NCBI RefSeq assembly: GCF_009914755.1
Contig: NC_060932.1
Reading direction: 5' to 3' (one strand)
Source: the human T2T-CHM13v2.0 reference genome, Homo sapiens
Length of the DNA: 64,000 bases
Both the position numbers and the translations under genes were made by a program. The notes below the pieces were generated by a model. The model was given only the letters and a program-made list of their open reading frames with translations, had not been told where the DNA came from and searched no databases. Numbering within the stretch: the first letter of the stretch is position 1; every line of letters begins with the position of its first letter. Shown here piece after piece: positions 30,201-42,900 of this stretch.

Positions 30201-31338
30201 GGTATTCACTTTGTGTTCCTATCCTTCCCTCATCTTACAGTTTGGATTGAATAAATAAATAATATATATATGTAATTATAAAATTTGCAATTAAATTATA
30301 ATTATAGTAAAATCAATTATTTTTATATAATTATATTCATAGAATCTCCTTTTTCTCAGGTTCTTATGATATAATGGAATCACACTAATTTAGTTGATCC
30401 ATTTTTTCCTAAATATTCTCAGCCAAAAACATACATTTTATTCTCAAATAAATTTGGAAAACAAATATTGCACAGGGCACCTCATTTTTAAATGTTTTTA
30501 ATTTCTTAGAGAAATTGAGGACTCTGTGGAGCTGTGGTTAAAATCATCTGTTGCAAAACTTCCCTATTAACTAATATTAACAAAAGCATATTCCTTGGAA
30601 CACACCGTGGCTAGTTTAGCTCATTCCTAATATTCATTCACTGAACTTTTATATATTTGTTTAATTTCTTTCATTATGTCTTTCTAATTGAAACAGCATT
30701 TGGTTAGAAAAATTGGTCAAGTGATCTCAATTTTGCACCAAAAGTATTAATTAATTACTTCTAACTTCAGAAATAAAGGGCATTTTTAGGCAAACTAAAA
30801 TAATTTATTGGAAAATTATAGGTTTTTAAACTTACATAACTAGTTTGTAATGGTTACCAGACAAAGAAATAACAATGTGGAGCAATCTTTTTTTTTTTAT
30901 TAAACTTAAAACATATGCTGAAAACAGCCGGGATTTGCTTTCTAGTGCTCTCTCAAAACAAATCTGCTTTCTCTTGGATATATAAGCCAACAGAATGAAA
31001 TGCTTTTCTTGGTCAAAAGCCTTATGTAATATTTCAAATTTATCCTCTGTTATACACTGAGCCATGTTACAACACAACTGCCCTCTTTTATTCAAAGTCA
31101 AGATCCTAGAGTTCTTACTCAGGGAACAAGCCTTAAAACAACCTCCAACAGCTCCAAGGGCTTTGATTGCAGATGAATTTAGACTTCTTTGACTTTTGAA
31201 GACTGAACTTGATGTTGCATTGTATAAAAGTTGTGAATTCCAGCTTATTTCTCTGCTTCCTGTCTGTAATAATTATGCACAAAATGAAACAGCTAAACAA
31301 ACTTGCTTATGAGTGTTACTCATGGAATGACCCAGGAC

Positions 31339-31351
31339 AGAGAGAGAGAGA

Positions 31352-31401
<50 letters not shown>

Positions 31402-31407
31402 GTGTGT
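31339..31407. repeat. (GA)n(GT)n microsatellite
   Basis: Directly visible. Confidence 0.97.
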
Positions 31408-32672
31408 CTTTACACATAGCCTCCAATCTAGGTCCTATTCCTTGGTCTTTCTCCATAATTAAAATAGAAAAGGGTAGGAAAAACTGATAGAAAATCAGTC
31501 TGATGCAATGACTGGTTGGTCAATCCATTGGCATCTATCTTCCACTCTCATCCAGGTCATCTCTATTCTTCAGAGAACCAGCAATATACTGTAAAGTTGT
31601 GCCTACTAACTTCCCAATTTTTACAAAGCAATATGCATTTTTAATTTCTCTGATTTAGACCTTTCATATTTCAGCATACTATCAGGTAGGGTTCCTTCGC
31701 AATTGAACATAATTATTTCTTGTTAATTTTAGAGGAGCTAAACGCTCCTAAATAATTCGATATAGTGTTTGTGCAAAGTATATGTTAGTTTTAGAAAACA
31801 ACTAATTAGTGTACTCTTGTGCAAAATGTAGCCTTTTAAATTAATTTTTATGGAATTATGATGTCAATAATTTTCTTTTTTTGAGGAAAAATCCACTAAG
31901 AATTAACATAGTTGTAGAGCCATTGGGGAAGGCATACACCATACATACTTTAAGAAATGGAGGAAATTTGAGCAGTTTCCATATACAACCCTAATAACTC
32001 AGAGACCTCAAACTGCATCATGCTTTTAGATATTAGAGAGCGGATGGCTGATTTTACTATATACTTGCCAACACTCTAATTTATACAGGCTTAGTATAAT
32101 TTAAATATGGGTTTTTTCCTACAGTTTATTTACTATTTCTAGAGCTACGTAAAACTAAGTTTTGTTCTCGAGGAATTTACTGGTTTTGTTACCCTACAAA
32201 ATGGATAACTGAATAATCTGCCAAGTTATTTCATTTCAAAACAGCTTGTTCTGCTGCAAAACCCTTCAGTTCCTCCTCCCCCTCCATGACATCATTTTTA
32301 AAATTTATGTTATATACTATGTGTATTTCCCAAAGTCATCTTAATAATTATATCAGTGAAAATAAATATATTGTTTTACATAATTTTGCCTGCTAAAAGA
32401 TAAAGGCTTTAATTTGTTCCTAGATATTTAATAGTCCTTTTATATGCTGCATCTATTCTTATGACTAGAAGGAAAGCAAATACCAAAGGCATGTATTTCT
32501 TCTGACCAGATGTTAGGATGTGGTGAAGAGAAGCTTATTGGTGGTAAGGATTTTCATTATTTTTTCGTTTAGACTTTGGCTCATCCAGGTGCTGGAAGTG
32601 CTAACACACACACACACATACCGCCTGATTCCTGATTTTTTTTTTTCATATGTGAATGCTATTTCTGTTAGA

Positions 32673-32853
32673 CAGCGGTTCTCAAAGTGTAGCACTATAA
32701 ACATCAATATAATATGGAACTTGCTAAAATACAAATTCTGAGGTAGCACCTCAGACTTACTAAATCAGTGAACTGGGAGTGGGGCCCCAAAATATAATAT
32801 TTTAGAGAGCCCTTTAGGTGATCCTGATGCACAATCAAGATTGAGAAACACAA
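32673..32853. mobile_element. MER5A hAT-Charlie MITE
   Basis: CAGCGGTTCTCAAAGTGT...CAAATTCTGAGG...CTCAGACTTACTAAATCAG...GGTGATCCTGATGCAC...TTGAGAAACAC. Confidence 0.85.
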
Positions 32854-34802
32854 TTGTAATAGAATTTTTTAAATTCTGGTTTTGAAAATATTTACTGTAA
32901 AGCTTACTACAAAAGATGCACCAAGGAGATATAGTGTCACAAAACTAAATTGATAGGTGGCTTTGTTATAGAAAGTATTCTATTACCACCACTGAAATTC
33001 CCCAGAAGACAGGAGGAATGTCTATTATTTCAGATATTTTATTTACAGTTCTGAACTGCTTCACTGAAAGAGACATTTTGAGGCTTTGGGGCCATTATAA
33101 GTGAAAGAATTATGGCGATAAATGATTAACTTGTAATTTTTAGATATTTCAAAATGCAGATTGTACTTTTCATGCATTCTGTTCATCAATTTTCCCCAAA
33201 GCCATAGAGAGTTTAAAAAAGCATTACCAGTTTCAGGCATCCTTATACATTTTCACACTGGAATTTATTAGCTACAAAATGTTTTGGTTCTAAAATATAT
33301 TTCATATCAAAAAGAACCTGGGAGCTAAAGTCTCCACTCACGTTTTTCAAAAGCTTGTTTCTTTCTTTCTATATATATATATGTCATGTATACACCACAA
33401 TCTACATAAGCAAAGAGTCTTTTTCTCTTAAATCATTTGTGTCCTTTTTGGGGAAATCAGCTGTTGAAAAAATGGATTTTCAATATATTAAGATTTTTCC
33501 ATGTGAATTTTTAATCTTATTAGGAAATGAACTGCCATATTGAGCTGTACCTTTCTCTAGCTATCTTATTTATTTCTCCAGGAACAGATATAGGAAATCA
33601 TTTATGTAAATCTATATGCTAAAAATTGACATCACAGAGTAGTACTGTTTTTGCTAATATACCACTACAAGTTTTTAGTGATCAGTGATTAATGTAAATT
33701 AGTTTAATGCATATTCTTGCACCAAACATTAAACAAATGTTCAAATAATTATTTCATGTTTGATAAAAAGAGCTAAAAATATTGAATCTAAAGTTGACAT
33801 AACATATACTGCCAGGATTGTTGTGAAGATTGATTGAGAACACAGCATTCATTGAATATGGCTTATATAAGTATATAAAAATAGCTTGATCAGATCACAT
33901 AATTTTGATATAACAAAATATTGATAAGTGGAAGTATACAAATAAAAAAAAGGATTATCTGGTAAATGTGTCAAAAACATATCCATTAATAAATAATATA
34001 TTTGAGAAGGGCAAAACATACAAGGCTGAATGTGTAGAATTAGAGAAGGAAGCCAATGAAGTTTGGAGGGGAAAACCCAAAAATAAATATGAAAAATATA
34101 AATTAAAAGGATTAAATATAGATTTGAATAACTATAGATTAATCAATATTAATTTATATTAGCAAGTGCTTTAAAAGCATTTGATGAATGACGCATGGTT
34201 AACAAGATATGAGATTCTACTAATATTATGTCTCAATGGAAAAAGGAAACCACCAAAGGCAACTCAAAGTATTTACTGTTAGAGGATGAAAGGCTTTCCC
34301 AGCCCTCTGGTATTTGTAGGTCTCTATTTTTAAGCCTCTCCCTTATGTTCTTAAAATCTTCAGGTTGATGTATTTCCTTCTTTTGGATTTTTTAAAATAA
34401 ATGAAACAATCCCACAGAGCCAACTTTAAAAACAAGAGACTTATTAGGGTGATCAAAATAGAATATCACTATATCAGATATACAGTGTACTAGCTAAAAT
34501 CATAGTATACTAGTTATTCCTGGCTATTTTTCTGAATATCTATTTTTTTGTTACTTTTGAATACTAAGGTCTGTATTTGTCTCATTATCCCTGTTGTGGT
34601 CAATCAGTTGAAAATGAGACATCATGTGTCTTTTTGTTGAAGAACAACTGGATTTCATTTCTCTTCATAGTTGATTCAGAAAGTATTTTTATGAATTCTA
34701 CATTTCAGCAGCATTACTTTGAGCAGAATTTGGCCTACCATTCATGCACTAGGTGATTTGAGCATGTAATTCAGATGCTTTTCTGATGACTAACAAATAC
34801 GG

Positions 34803-35250
34803 TATGATGGTTAATTTTATGTGTCAACTTGACTGGATCATAGGGTACCCAGTTATCTACTTAAACATTATTTCTAGATCTGTCTGTGAGAGTGTTTCCA
34901 GAAGGGATTCACGCTTGAACTGAAGGACTGAGTTAAGAGGATTGCCCTTCTCAGTGTGGGTAGGCATTATTCAAATTCGTTGAGAACCTGAATAGAACAG
35001 AAAGGTGGAAGAAGGAAGGATTTGCTGTTACTCCACCTGACTGCCTGACCCAAGACATCAATCTTCTTCTGCCCTTGGAGTTCTTGGTTCTCAAGCATTC
35101 AGACTCAAACTGGAATCTACGTCATCAGTTTTCCAGCTCTTAGGCCTCCAAACCACACCATAAGCTTTCCCAAGTCTCCAGTTTGCAGATGGCAAACTGT
35201 GGGACTTCTCAACCAATAAAACTGCTTGAGCAAATGCCTTATAAAAACTC

Positions 35251-35293
<43 letters not shown>

Positions 35294-35333
35294 CCTGTTG
35301 GTTCTGTTTCTCTCAAGAATCCTGACTAATACA
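34803..35333 (+). mobile_element. MLT2 (ERVL) solo LTR, MLT2B/D-like, with internal (CA)n
   Basis: TGATGGTTAATTTTATGTGTCAACTTGACTGG start; CCTGTTGGTTCTGTTTCTCTCAAGAATCCTGACTAATACA end. Confidence 0.9.
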
Positions 35334-35864
35334 CGAGGAGTAGAAAGTAAAGCCATCTTTCCTGACTACATAACAGACATCACCTAATATTATTAGCTGC
35401 CTGGTCTTAATCTATAACACGGAGTCCTGGGAATATCCAGTGAGCAGAGAAACTACAGGAAAATGGTGCTTGTATTGAATCTTAGGTCTGCTCCTTTGCC
35501 TTTTACAGATAGCATAAGAGCAATGTTTGTTCTGAGGCATCTAAGTATTTTCTTATTAGAATGGCCTACATATTAAGTAAGGGAAAGGGCATTGCTGACA
35601 AGATCTCAAAGACAAAGTCCAAAGGAGAGGCAGGGGTGGTATGAAGAAGCTGAGGTGAGGAAGAGGGAAAATAAGCAGAAGTAAGCTTGGAAGTAATACT
35701 TTTTTATCATTAAAGAAGACCTTGGATTAATTAATTTTTGTTTAGTTTTCTCCATTTTAATTTTATGAAGGAGAAGAATAGAAACAATTGAAAAAAAGGC
35801 TTTAAATCCCTCATAGCCATTAAAATAGGTGGGAAAACAATGCATAACTGAGGAAAAATGCCTT

Positions 35865-36020
35865 CTGTAACTTACGTACAGTACTGAGCAAGTTATTTAA
35901 TTTCTCTAATCCTTCATTTCTTCTATTATAAAATAGAGAAAACAATATAATTGGCTTGATAGGATTGTTATGGTATCAAATAATTAATAAAGAACTTAAA
36001 TACATTCTAATGTTAGCTAA
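35865..36020 (+). mobile_element. MIR
   Basis: GAGCAAGTTATTTAATTTCTCTAATCCTTCATTTCTTCTATTATAAAATAGAG...ATAGGATTGTTATG. Confidence 0.6.
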
Positions 36021-36089
36021 TTAATTTACTCACATATTCACTTTTTATTCAACACATACAATGGCATGCTCTACCGATACACCAAGTCC

Positions 36090-36220
36090 TGTTAGGCCTA
36101 GGACAGATTTTCCAGAAAACAGACTTAGATAAAAATTTACATACAGGAAGTTTAATGCGAAGTGTACTTAGGTATTAAACTACATGGGAGTAAAGAAGTA
36201 GAATTGGACAGTGGGAGCCA
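36090..36220 (-). mobile_element. LTR16-like ERVL LTR fragment
   Basis: TTTCCAGAAAACAGACTTAGAT...ATACAGGAAGTTTAATG...AAGAAGTAGAATTGGACAGTGGGAG. Confidence 0.55.
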
Positions 36221-36249
36221 AATATATTGCCTGCCTAAATATTACATGT

Positions 36250-37057
36250 ATTACAATTACAGGATCATGTAATTGATTTGATAATCATAGTTAATTTCCT
36301 CATCAAGATGGTGTCTCCATTTCTTTCCTTCTGGTCTGTTAACACAAGGACACTGAAGTGAGCAGTAGCAGCCATAGCTTAAAGTTTAGAAGGATTCTTG
36401 CTGTACTCCCTAATGGAAGTGTTCTGCTTCTGAGGATCAGGAACTCTACACCAAAACAGCTCTGAGGTGCAGGAAAGGAAGATGTAGGAAAGGAAGCCCA
36501 AGTTCCCCAACTGGGTCACTGTGAGTCATTAAGTGGTGCCATTCTTAATTCTAACCCTTAGTTGCCAGCACTATGTATTCCACCCACAGGAACACCACAG
36601 AAAATAATATATATCAATTTACAATTCACATTGTTTTCTAGAGAATGGTGTCCCATCCATATAGGATGTCATCTCCAAGCCGAAGTACAAGCTGAGCCTG
36701 CAAATGGCTGTTCCATTTATCTATCAGGCAGGCAGTTTCTGAACTGAAGGGTTGTAATGGAACTAGAGGTTCTTTTGGCCATATGTCCACAGTAGCATCT
36801 CTGTTGTTTTAAAGTGAGGCTCTTGGTCTCTTCTGATATTGGATGACACACTTTGTCAGCAGATCAAGCAAGCTGAGATACTGCAGTCAGAAAAGGCAAG
36901 AAGTTATTTGAAAAATATGTGTCATTCCAGTCAAGATGAATTTCTGCCTCTTTCAGGGAGAAAGGAACCCACTGTAATGAATGAAATACTGTCTTACAGG
37001 GATAGGGCCAAATTAGGGACTCAGTATGTATATATATCTATACGTATATATATATAT

Positions 37058-37100
<43 letters not shown>

Positions 37101-38170
37101 GACAGTAGCTAAAGTGGCAAGGTTGGAAGTTATTTTGTATAAGTTCCTGCATCCCAAGGCTCCCAAGACTTAAACTCCAACTACCAGTAAAAAATATATA
37201 TAATATATATATTTTTAGATGTAAAAAATATATATTATATATATATATATTTTTACTGGTAGTAAATATATATATTTAGTAGTAAATATACATACTTATA
37301 TGTGTAATATATATTATATATACTATATATATATTTTTTATATATATATATATATATATTTTTTTTTACTGGCAGTTGGACTTTAAGCTTTGGGATCCTT
37401 GGGACACAGGAACTTTTAAAGATGTCCCCCAAAATAACTTCCATCCTTGCTACTTTAGCTACTCTCTTAATCAGACTGTTTGCCACACTGAAGCTAGCTC
37501 ATGTCAACTAGCAAAGTCATTCTATCTACTCGGTTGTTCAGTGCCTCTCCATGGAGTAATCTCACACTTCATAACCAAACCCATATATTTATCCAGACAT
37601 TCCTACCCTGGTCTTTGACTCTAATCTAACATTTCTTTCCAGGCCAGTGAACAACCAGTGAAGCCATTTGTCCTTGCTCATGAACTTATGTATTACTATT
37701 TCAAGCCAATTCTCTTTCATACCAAATAACTGATGACATGTGGTTTCTGAAGCTCTGCCCATTGAGAAGATTTCCCTTACCCACTATCTTTAAGCTCCTC
37801 TAGTGGAACAGCAGTTGGTATTTGGCCTGAACACATATACCATATTGAACCTTTGTGAACCAAGATTTGTATTTGTATTTTATGTTGGCCAATCATAAAA
37901 AATCCCCCATGCAACCATAGGTATAAGCTGAGTGAAAGATGCTGGTACGATAGTAGTAGATGACATGGAAATCCAGGCCACCTCTTCATGTAATTTACTT
38001 GTGCTATGACCCTGCTAATGTCAAGTAATATATGTACCAATTCCATTTTAAATATGTTGCTGCAGGGCCTGCCTAACCTCATGACTTAATGGTTGTGACA
38101 GAACCTAGCACGTGATTGACACCTGATGGCCTGAGGTTACAAGATCCCTTTCTATGAGAGCCAGTAGCAT
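36250..38170 (-). pseudogene. Decayed ERVL internal region: pol RNase H, integrase and dUTPase
   Basis: Minus-strand translations in ERVL order: KDSG*GKSSQWAELQ (RNase H, near 37790), NGFTGCSLAWKE, RQKFILTG and WNSHLQAQL (integrase), VEFLILRSRTLPLGSTARILLNFKLWL (dUTPase, near 36400). Confidence 0.8.
37104..37463. repeat. Inverted repeat (about 95-110 bp arms) around a TA-rich palindromic spacer
   Basis: AGTAGCTAAAGTGGCAAGGTTGGAAGTTATTTTG...CCAACTACCAGTAAAAAA pairs with TTTTTTACTGGCAGTTGG...CAAAATAACTTCCATCCTTGCTACTTTAGCTACT. Confidence 0.93.
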
Positions 38171-39337
38171 TCTAGAACCAGTTTCACATTGCCTTCTTGA
38201 TTTAAACTCAGATTGGTTGTCCTTATTCTGTATCACTGAATTTTGCATTTGGATTTGTGAAAATTGGCCTGCAATTTTCTTTTCTATTTTAATCGTTTAA
38301 ATGGTGATACCTAACTTTAATTCTAAAAGAATTGAAGTTAGATATCACCATGTAAGTGGTTAAAATGCCCAACTTATATTTCCCATTTTTTGCAGTCCTT
38401 GAAACTAGTTTTCAATATCATGGTCAATGTTTGTTTCTGAAGTGATTCAAAATCAACCATTGAACTCTTTGCTTGTAAAGCACTATAATATATAAATACA
38501 AGCTATTTTTAATTTGCCTAATTAAAATTATGGTGCCCATCTCTCCCATTTAATTACCGATTTATTTATTATTCATGTAAATTAATTTCAAATAGTTAAC
38601 TATTGTTAACAGGCAACATGCTTCTCTTTGCTAGTCACATTAATTGTAATTTGTCTTGAGTTGTAAGTAATTCGTTTTCCACTCATATTACAAGTTTTAT
38701 ATCTATCGTCTTTCTGAGTATGTTTTCAGTGCCTTAAAAGACTTCTCTTATTCATTCTATCATACTTTAGTAACTGAATACATAGATGTTTAAGGGATAC
38801 TTTTAGCTCCAGGTTTGTTTTTATAACTCCCCATATACTATTATTGTTGTTTGTCACTGAGCTTTCAAAGATATGAATAGGACATAACATAACTTTATCT
38901 CTTTAATAGGCTTTATTAAGCCTTTGCAAGGCATTCCAGCCAATATGTACATGTAAAAGGAAATCCATAAATTGAGAAATTCTACCAGTAACTTTGCTTT
39001 ACAATACACAGAAATCCAATGGAAGTTTTCTTACTTACTTTTCCTGCATAAACCACCCACTAGTTGTATGTTGTACATGGGGAAGATATTTTTAAATAAA
39101 TGACTTCTTAACTTCAGTAAGTCAAAATTCATTTAACAACTGTTATTTTGGAAAAAAATAAGTTCTTATATTATTTTATGCTTTTTTGTATATGTGTTAT
39201 ACTTTGATAAAAATTTTGTTTAACTCAAATAGAGTAAGGGTAATTCTAGAAAAAATATTTAATTCTGACTTGAAAATATAACTGCTTTGGAAAATTTGAG
39301 TTCTAGCCACAAAATAGTTGATGGAAGAGAGGGTTTG

Positions 39338-42303
39338 TGATATGGTTTGGCTCTGTGCCCCAAAGCAAATCTCATCTGGAATTGTCATCCCCACATGTCA
39401 AGGGAGGGAAATGATTGGATTATGGAAGTTGTTTCCCCCATGCTGTTCTCATGATAGTGAGTGAATTCTCACAAGATCTGATGGTTTTATAATTAGTTTT
39501 TCTGGCACTCTCACACACACTCTCTCTGGCCTGCCACCACATAATACATGCCTGCTTCCCCTTCCATCATGATTATACATTTGCTAAGGCCTCCCAGCCA
39601 TATGGAACTGTGAGTCACTTAAACCACCTTTATTTATAAATTACCCATTTGATGATAGTATCTTTATAACAGTGTAAGAACACACTAATACAGTAAATTG
39701 GTACTGCAGAGAGTGTGGTACTGCTATAAAGATATACAAAAAGGTGGAAGCAACTTTGGAACTGGGTAACAAGCAGAGGTTGGAAGAGTTTGTCAGGCTT
39801 TGAAGAAGACAGGAAGATGTGGGAAAGTTTGGAACTTACTAGAGACTTGTTGAATGGTTTTGACCAAAATGCTGATAATGATGTGGACAATGAAATCCAG
39901 GCTTATTGAATGAAATCCAGGCTCAGATGGTCTCAGACGGAGATGAGGAACTTCTTGGAAACTGGAGCAATGGTGACTCTTGCTATGCTTTAACAAAGTG
40001 ACTAGCAGCATTTTGCTCCTACCATAGAGATCTGTGGAACTTTGAACTTGAGAGAGATGGTCTGAAATTGGAACTTATGTTTAAAGGGGGAGCAGAACAT
40101 AAAAGTTTGGAAAATTTGCAGCCTGATGATGCAATAGAAAAGAAACACCAGTTTTCTGGGGAGAAATTCAAGCCAGCTGCAGAAATTTGCGTAAGTAATG
40201 AGGAGCCAAATGTTAATCACCATGACAATGGGAAAAATGTCTCCAGGGCATTTCAGAGGTTTTCATGGCAGCCCCTCTCATCATAGGCTTCAGGGTCTAG
40301 GAGGGAAAAATGATTTAATGTGCCAGGCCCAGGGCACCCCTGCTCTGTGCAGCCTTGAGACTTGGTTCTCTGTATTCCAGCTGCTTCAGCTCTAGCCTTG
40401 ACTAAAAGGGGCCAAGGTACAGCTCTGGCTGTTGCTTCAGAGGGCGCAAGCCCCAAGCCTTGGTGGCTTCCATGTGGTGTTGGGCCTGCAGGTGCACAGA
40501 AGTCAAGAATTGAAGTTTGGGAACCTCTGCCTAGATTTCAGAGGATGTATGGAAATGCCTGGATGTCCAGGCAGAAGTCTGCTACAGGGATGGAGCCCTC
40601 ATGGAGAATCTATGCCAGGGCAGTGTGGAAGGGAAATATGGGGTCGGAGCCCGCACACAGAGTCCCCAGTGGGGCACAGCCTAGTGGAGCTGTGAGAGGA
40701 GAGTCGCAGTCCTGTAGACCCCAGAATGGTAGGTCCACCAACAGCTTGCACCATGCACCTGGAAAAGCCACAGGCACTCGATGACAGCCAGAAAAGGAGC
40801 TGTCCAAGGCCATGGAGCCCACTCCTGTGTCAGCATGCCCTGGATGTGAGACGTGGAGTTAAAAGAGATCATTTCTTACCTTTAAGATTTAATGACTACC
40901 CTGCTGTATTTCGGACTTATATGGGGCCTGTAGCCTCTTTGTTTTGGCCAATTTCTCCCACATGAAATGGGAACATTGACCCAATGCCTGTATCCCATTG
41001 TATCTTGGAAGTAACTAACTTCCTTTGGTTTTATAGGCTCATAGGCAGAAGGAGCTTGACTTATCTCAGGTGAGACTTTAGACTTGGACGTTTAAGTTAA
41101 TTCTGGAATGAGTTAAGACTTTGGGGGATTGTTGGGAAGCCATAATTGGTTATAAAATGGTTATAAATTGGTTATAAAATGTATAAAGGACATGAGATTT
41201 GGGAGGGGTTGGGGCAGATGATATGGTTTGGCTCTGTGTCCCCACCCAAATCTCATCTCAATCTCCACATGTAATCCACATGTCAAGAGAGGGACCTGTA
41301 ATCCCCACATGTCTAGGGAGGGAAGTGATTGGATTATGGGGACAGTCCCACCATGCTGTTCTCATGATAGTGAATAAATTCTCAGGAGATCTGATGGTTT
41401 TATAAATGGTAGTTTTTACTGCACTCTCACAACGTTCTCTGTCTGGCCTGCTGCTGTTATTGGTGGCGGAGATTCAAGTTACCTCAAGTTACAGATGGAA
41501 AATTCATACATGTCTGCAGCAACTTTAGTTCTTGCCTTCTCAGAAGAAAGAATTCAACCAAGAGGCATGAAGCAGAAAAAGAGACCAAGGGAAGTTTCAG
41601 AACAGGAGTGGAAGTTTATTTAAAAGCCTTTGTAACTGGAAAGAAATGAATGAACTTTTGGAAGAGATCCAAGTGGACACCTGAAGGTCAAAGAGAGAAA
41701 AAGCAGGGCCTTTAATGTTGAACCTGGGACTTTATAGGCTTGCCTCATTCCCATGATTCTTCCTTTAGGGTGTGCTTTCTGCATGCCCAGTCCCCTCCTT
41801 ACCCTTGGGAATTGAGCACAGGCAGTGTGTTTAGGGAGTTATATGCATGCCTATCTGAGGCTTTCTTCCTTTTCTTGTGGAGTGCACCAGAAGATCATAC
41901 TTCGCCATTTTTGTCTCTTAATGTTCATGCACAGAAAGTTGCTTCTCCCTGGGGCCTGCCTTCAATTAACACCTTAATGTTAACATGTGTGGATCATCAG
42001 GAAATGGCCTCTCCCTGGCACTGGCTGCCAATTTTTCACTTTTAGAGAGGCAGTGCGATAATTGCCAAACCATCACCTGACATTTCTAGTGAGTGGTTAG
42101 GAGAGCCCTCTCCTGTCCCTTTCATACCTAACTACCTGTAACATTGCCATGTAAGGTGTGCCTGCTTCCCCCTTCTGCCATGATTGTAAGTTTCTTGAGG
42201 CCTCGCCAGCGTGTGGTACTGCGAGTTGATTAAACCTTCTTTGTTTATAAATTACTGAGTCTTGAGCATCATCTTTATTGCAGAGTGAGAATGGACTAAT
42301 ACA
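39338..42303 (+). mobile_element. Near full-length THE1D-like MaLR element (5' LTR 39338-39692, internal 39693-41218, split 3' LTR 41219-42303)
   Basis: Both LTRs start TGATATGGTTTGGCTCTGTG and end ACTAATACA; polypurine tract at 41201-41218; 5-bp TSD G(T/C)TTG. Confidence 0.92.
41455..42143 (-). mobile_element. MER50-family ERV1 solo LTR nested in the THE1D 3' LTR
   Basis: TGTTA...TAACA termini; minus start TGTTACAGGTAGTTAGG...GGACAGGAGAGGGCTCTCC; 4-bp TSD (C/T)TGC restores CCTGCTGCCATGTAAG. Confidence 0.8.
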
Positions 42304-42569
42304 GCTTGTTTTCCAAATACAGATGTGTTGGATTAGCACCAGTATTTTATTGTCTAAAATATTACCATTAAAAAATATTGTTTCACAAAACCAAATTTCA
42401 CCAAAGCATTCTAATCAAGTAAAAACTGTATTATTTAAAACATAGATATTGCCTGTTACTTGATATTTTCCAGTGAATTTTAGCCCTTCTTTAAAAAAAT
42501 TCATTAAAGAAGTCAAGTTATATCGATTTAGAAATTTGAATGCTTCTATTTTTGCCTCTGAATTCTGTA

Positions 42570-42900
42570 GGATTCAGTAGTTTCTTTAAGATTCTTCTTT
42601 CTCCTTTATCCCCATTGCTATAGCATTAGCTCATTTCCCTCCAGTGTCTCTAGTAATTGTTCATAAGATTCTTACCTTCACTTTCTGTCTCTTGCAATCC
42701 AGCCTTGAGTTTTGTGTTAGGTCTTTCAGTTGTCTGTTTTTTGGACACAAGTCTGATTTTATGATGTAAATAGTCTTCCAGTTATTTACCACATAAGATA
42801 AAGTCATAATTCACTTTTGGGTTTACATGTTCTTTGCAATGTAATCCCAATTTTTATCTTTCCCATAACTCCCTTTCTCTCCTTGCACTAACTACACCTT
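42570..42900 (+). mobile_element. L2 fragment
   Basis: Pyrimidine-rich CTCCTTTATCCCCATTGCTATAGC...TCTTGCAATCCAGCC...AAGATAAAGTC. Confidence 0.45.

Noticed and set aside
41147-41185. Short TGGTTATAAA(A/T) tandem repeats as a CRISPR-like or regulatory array
   Set aside because: Three adjacent 11-mers without spacers inside THE1; simple slippage.
39630-41405. Dense overlapping ORFs, including a 140-aa one
   Set aside because: They lie in the GC-richer THE1 internal region and are decayed MaLR sequence.
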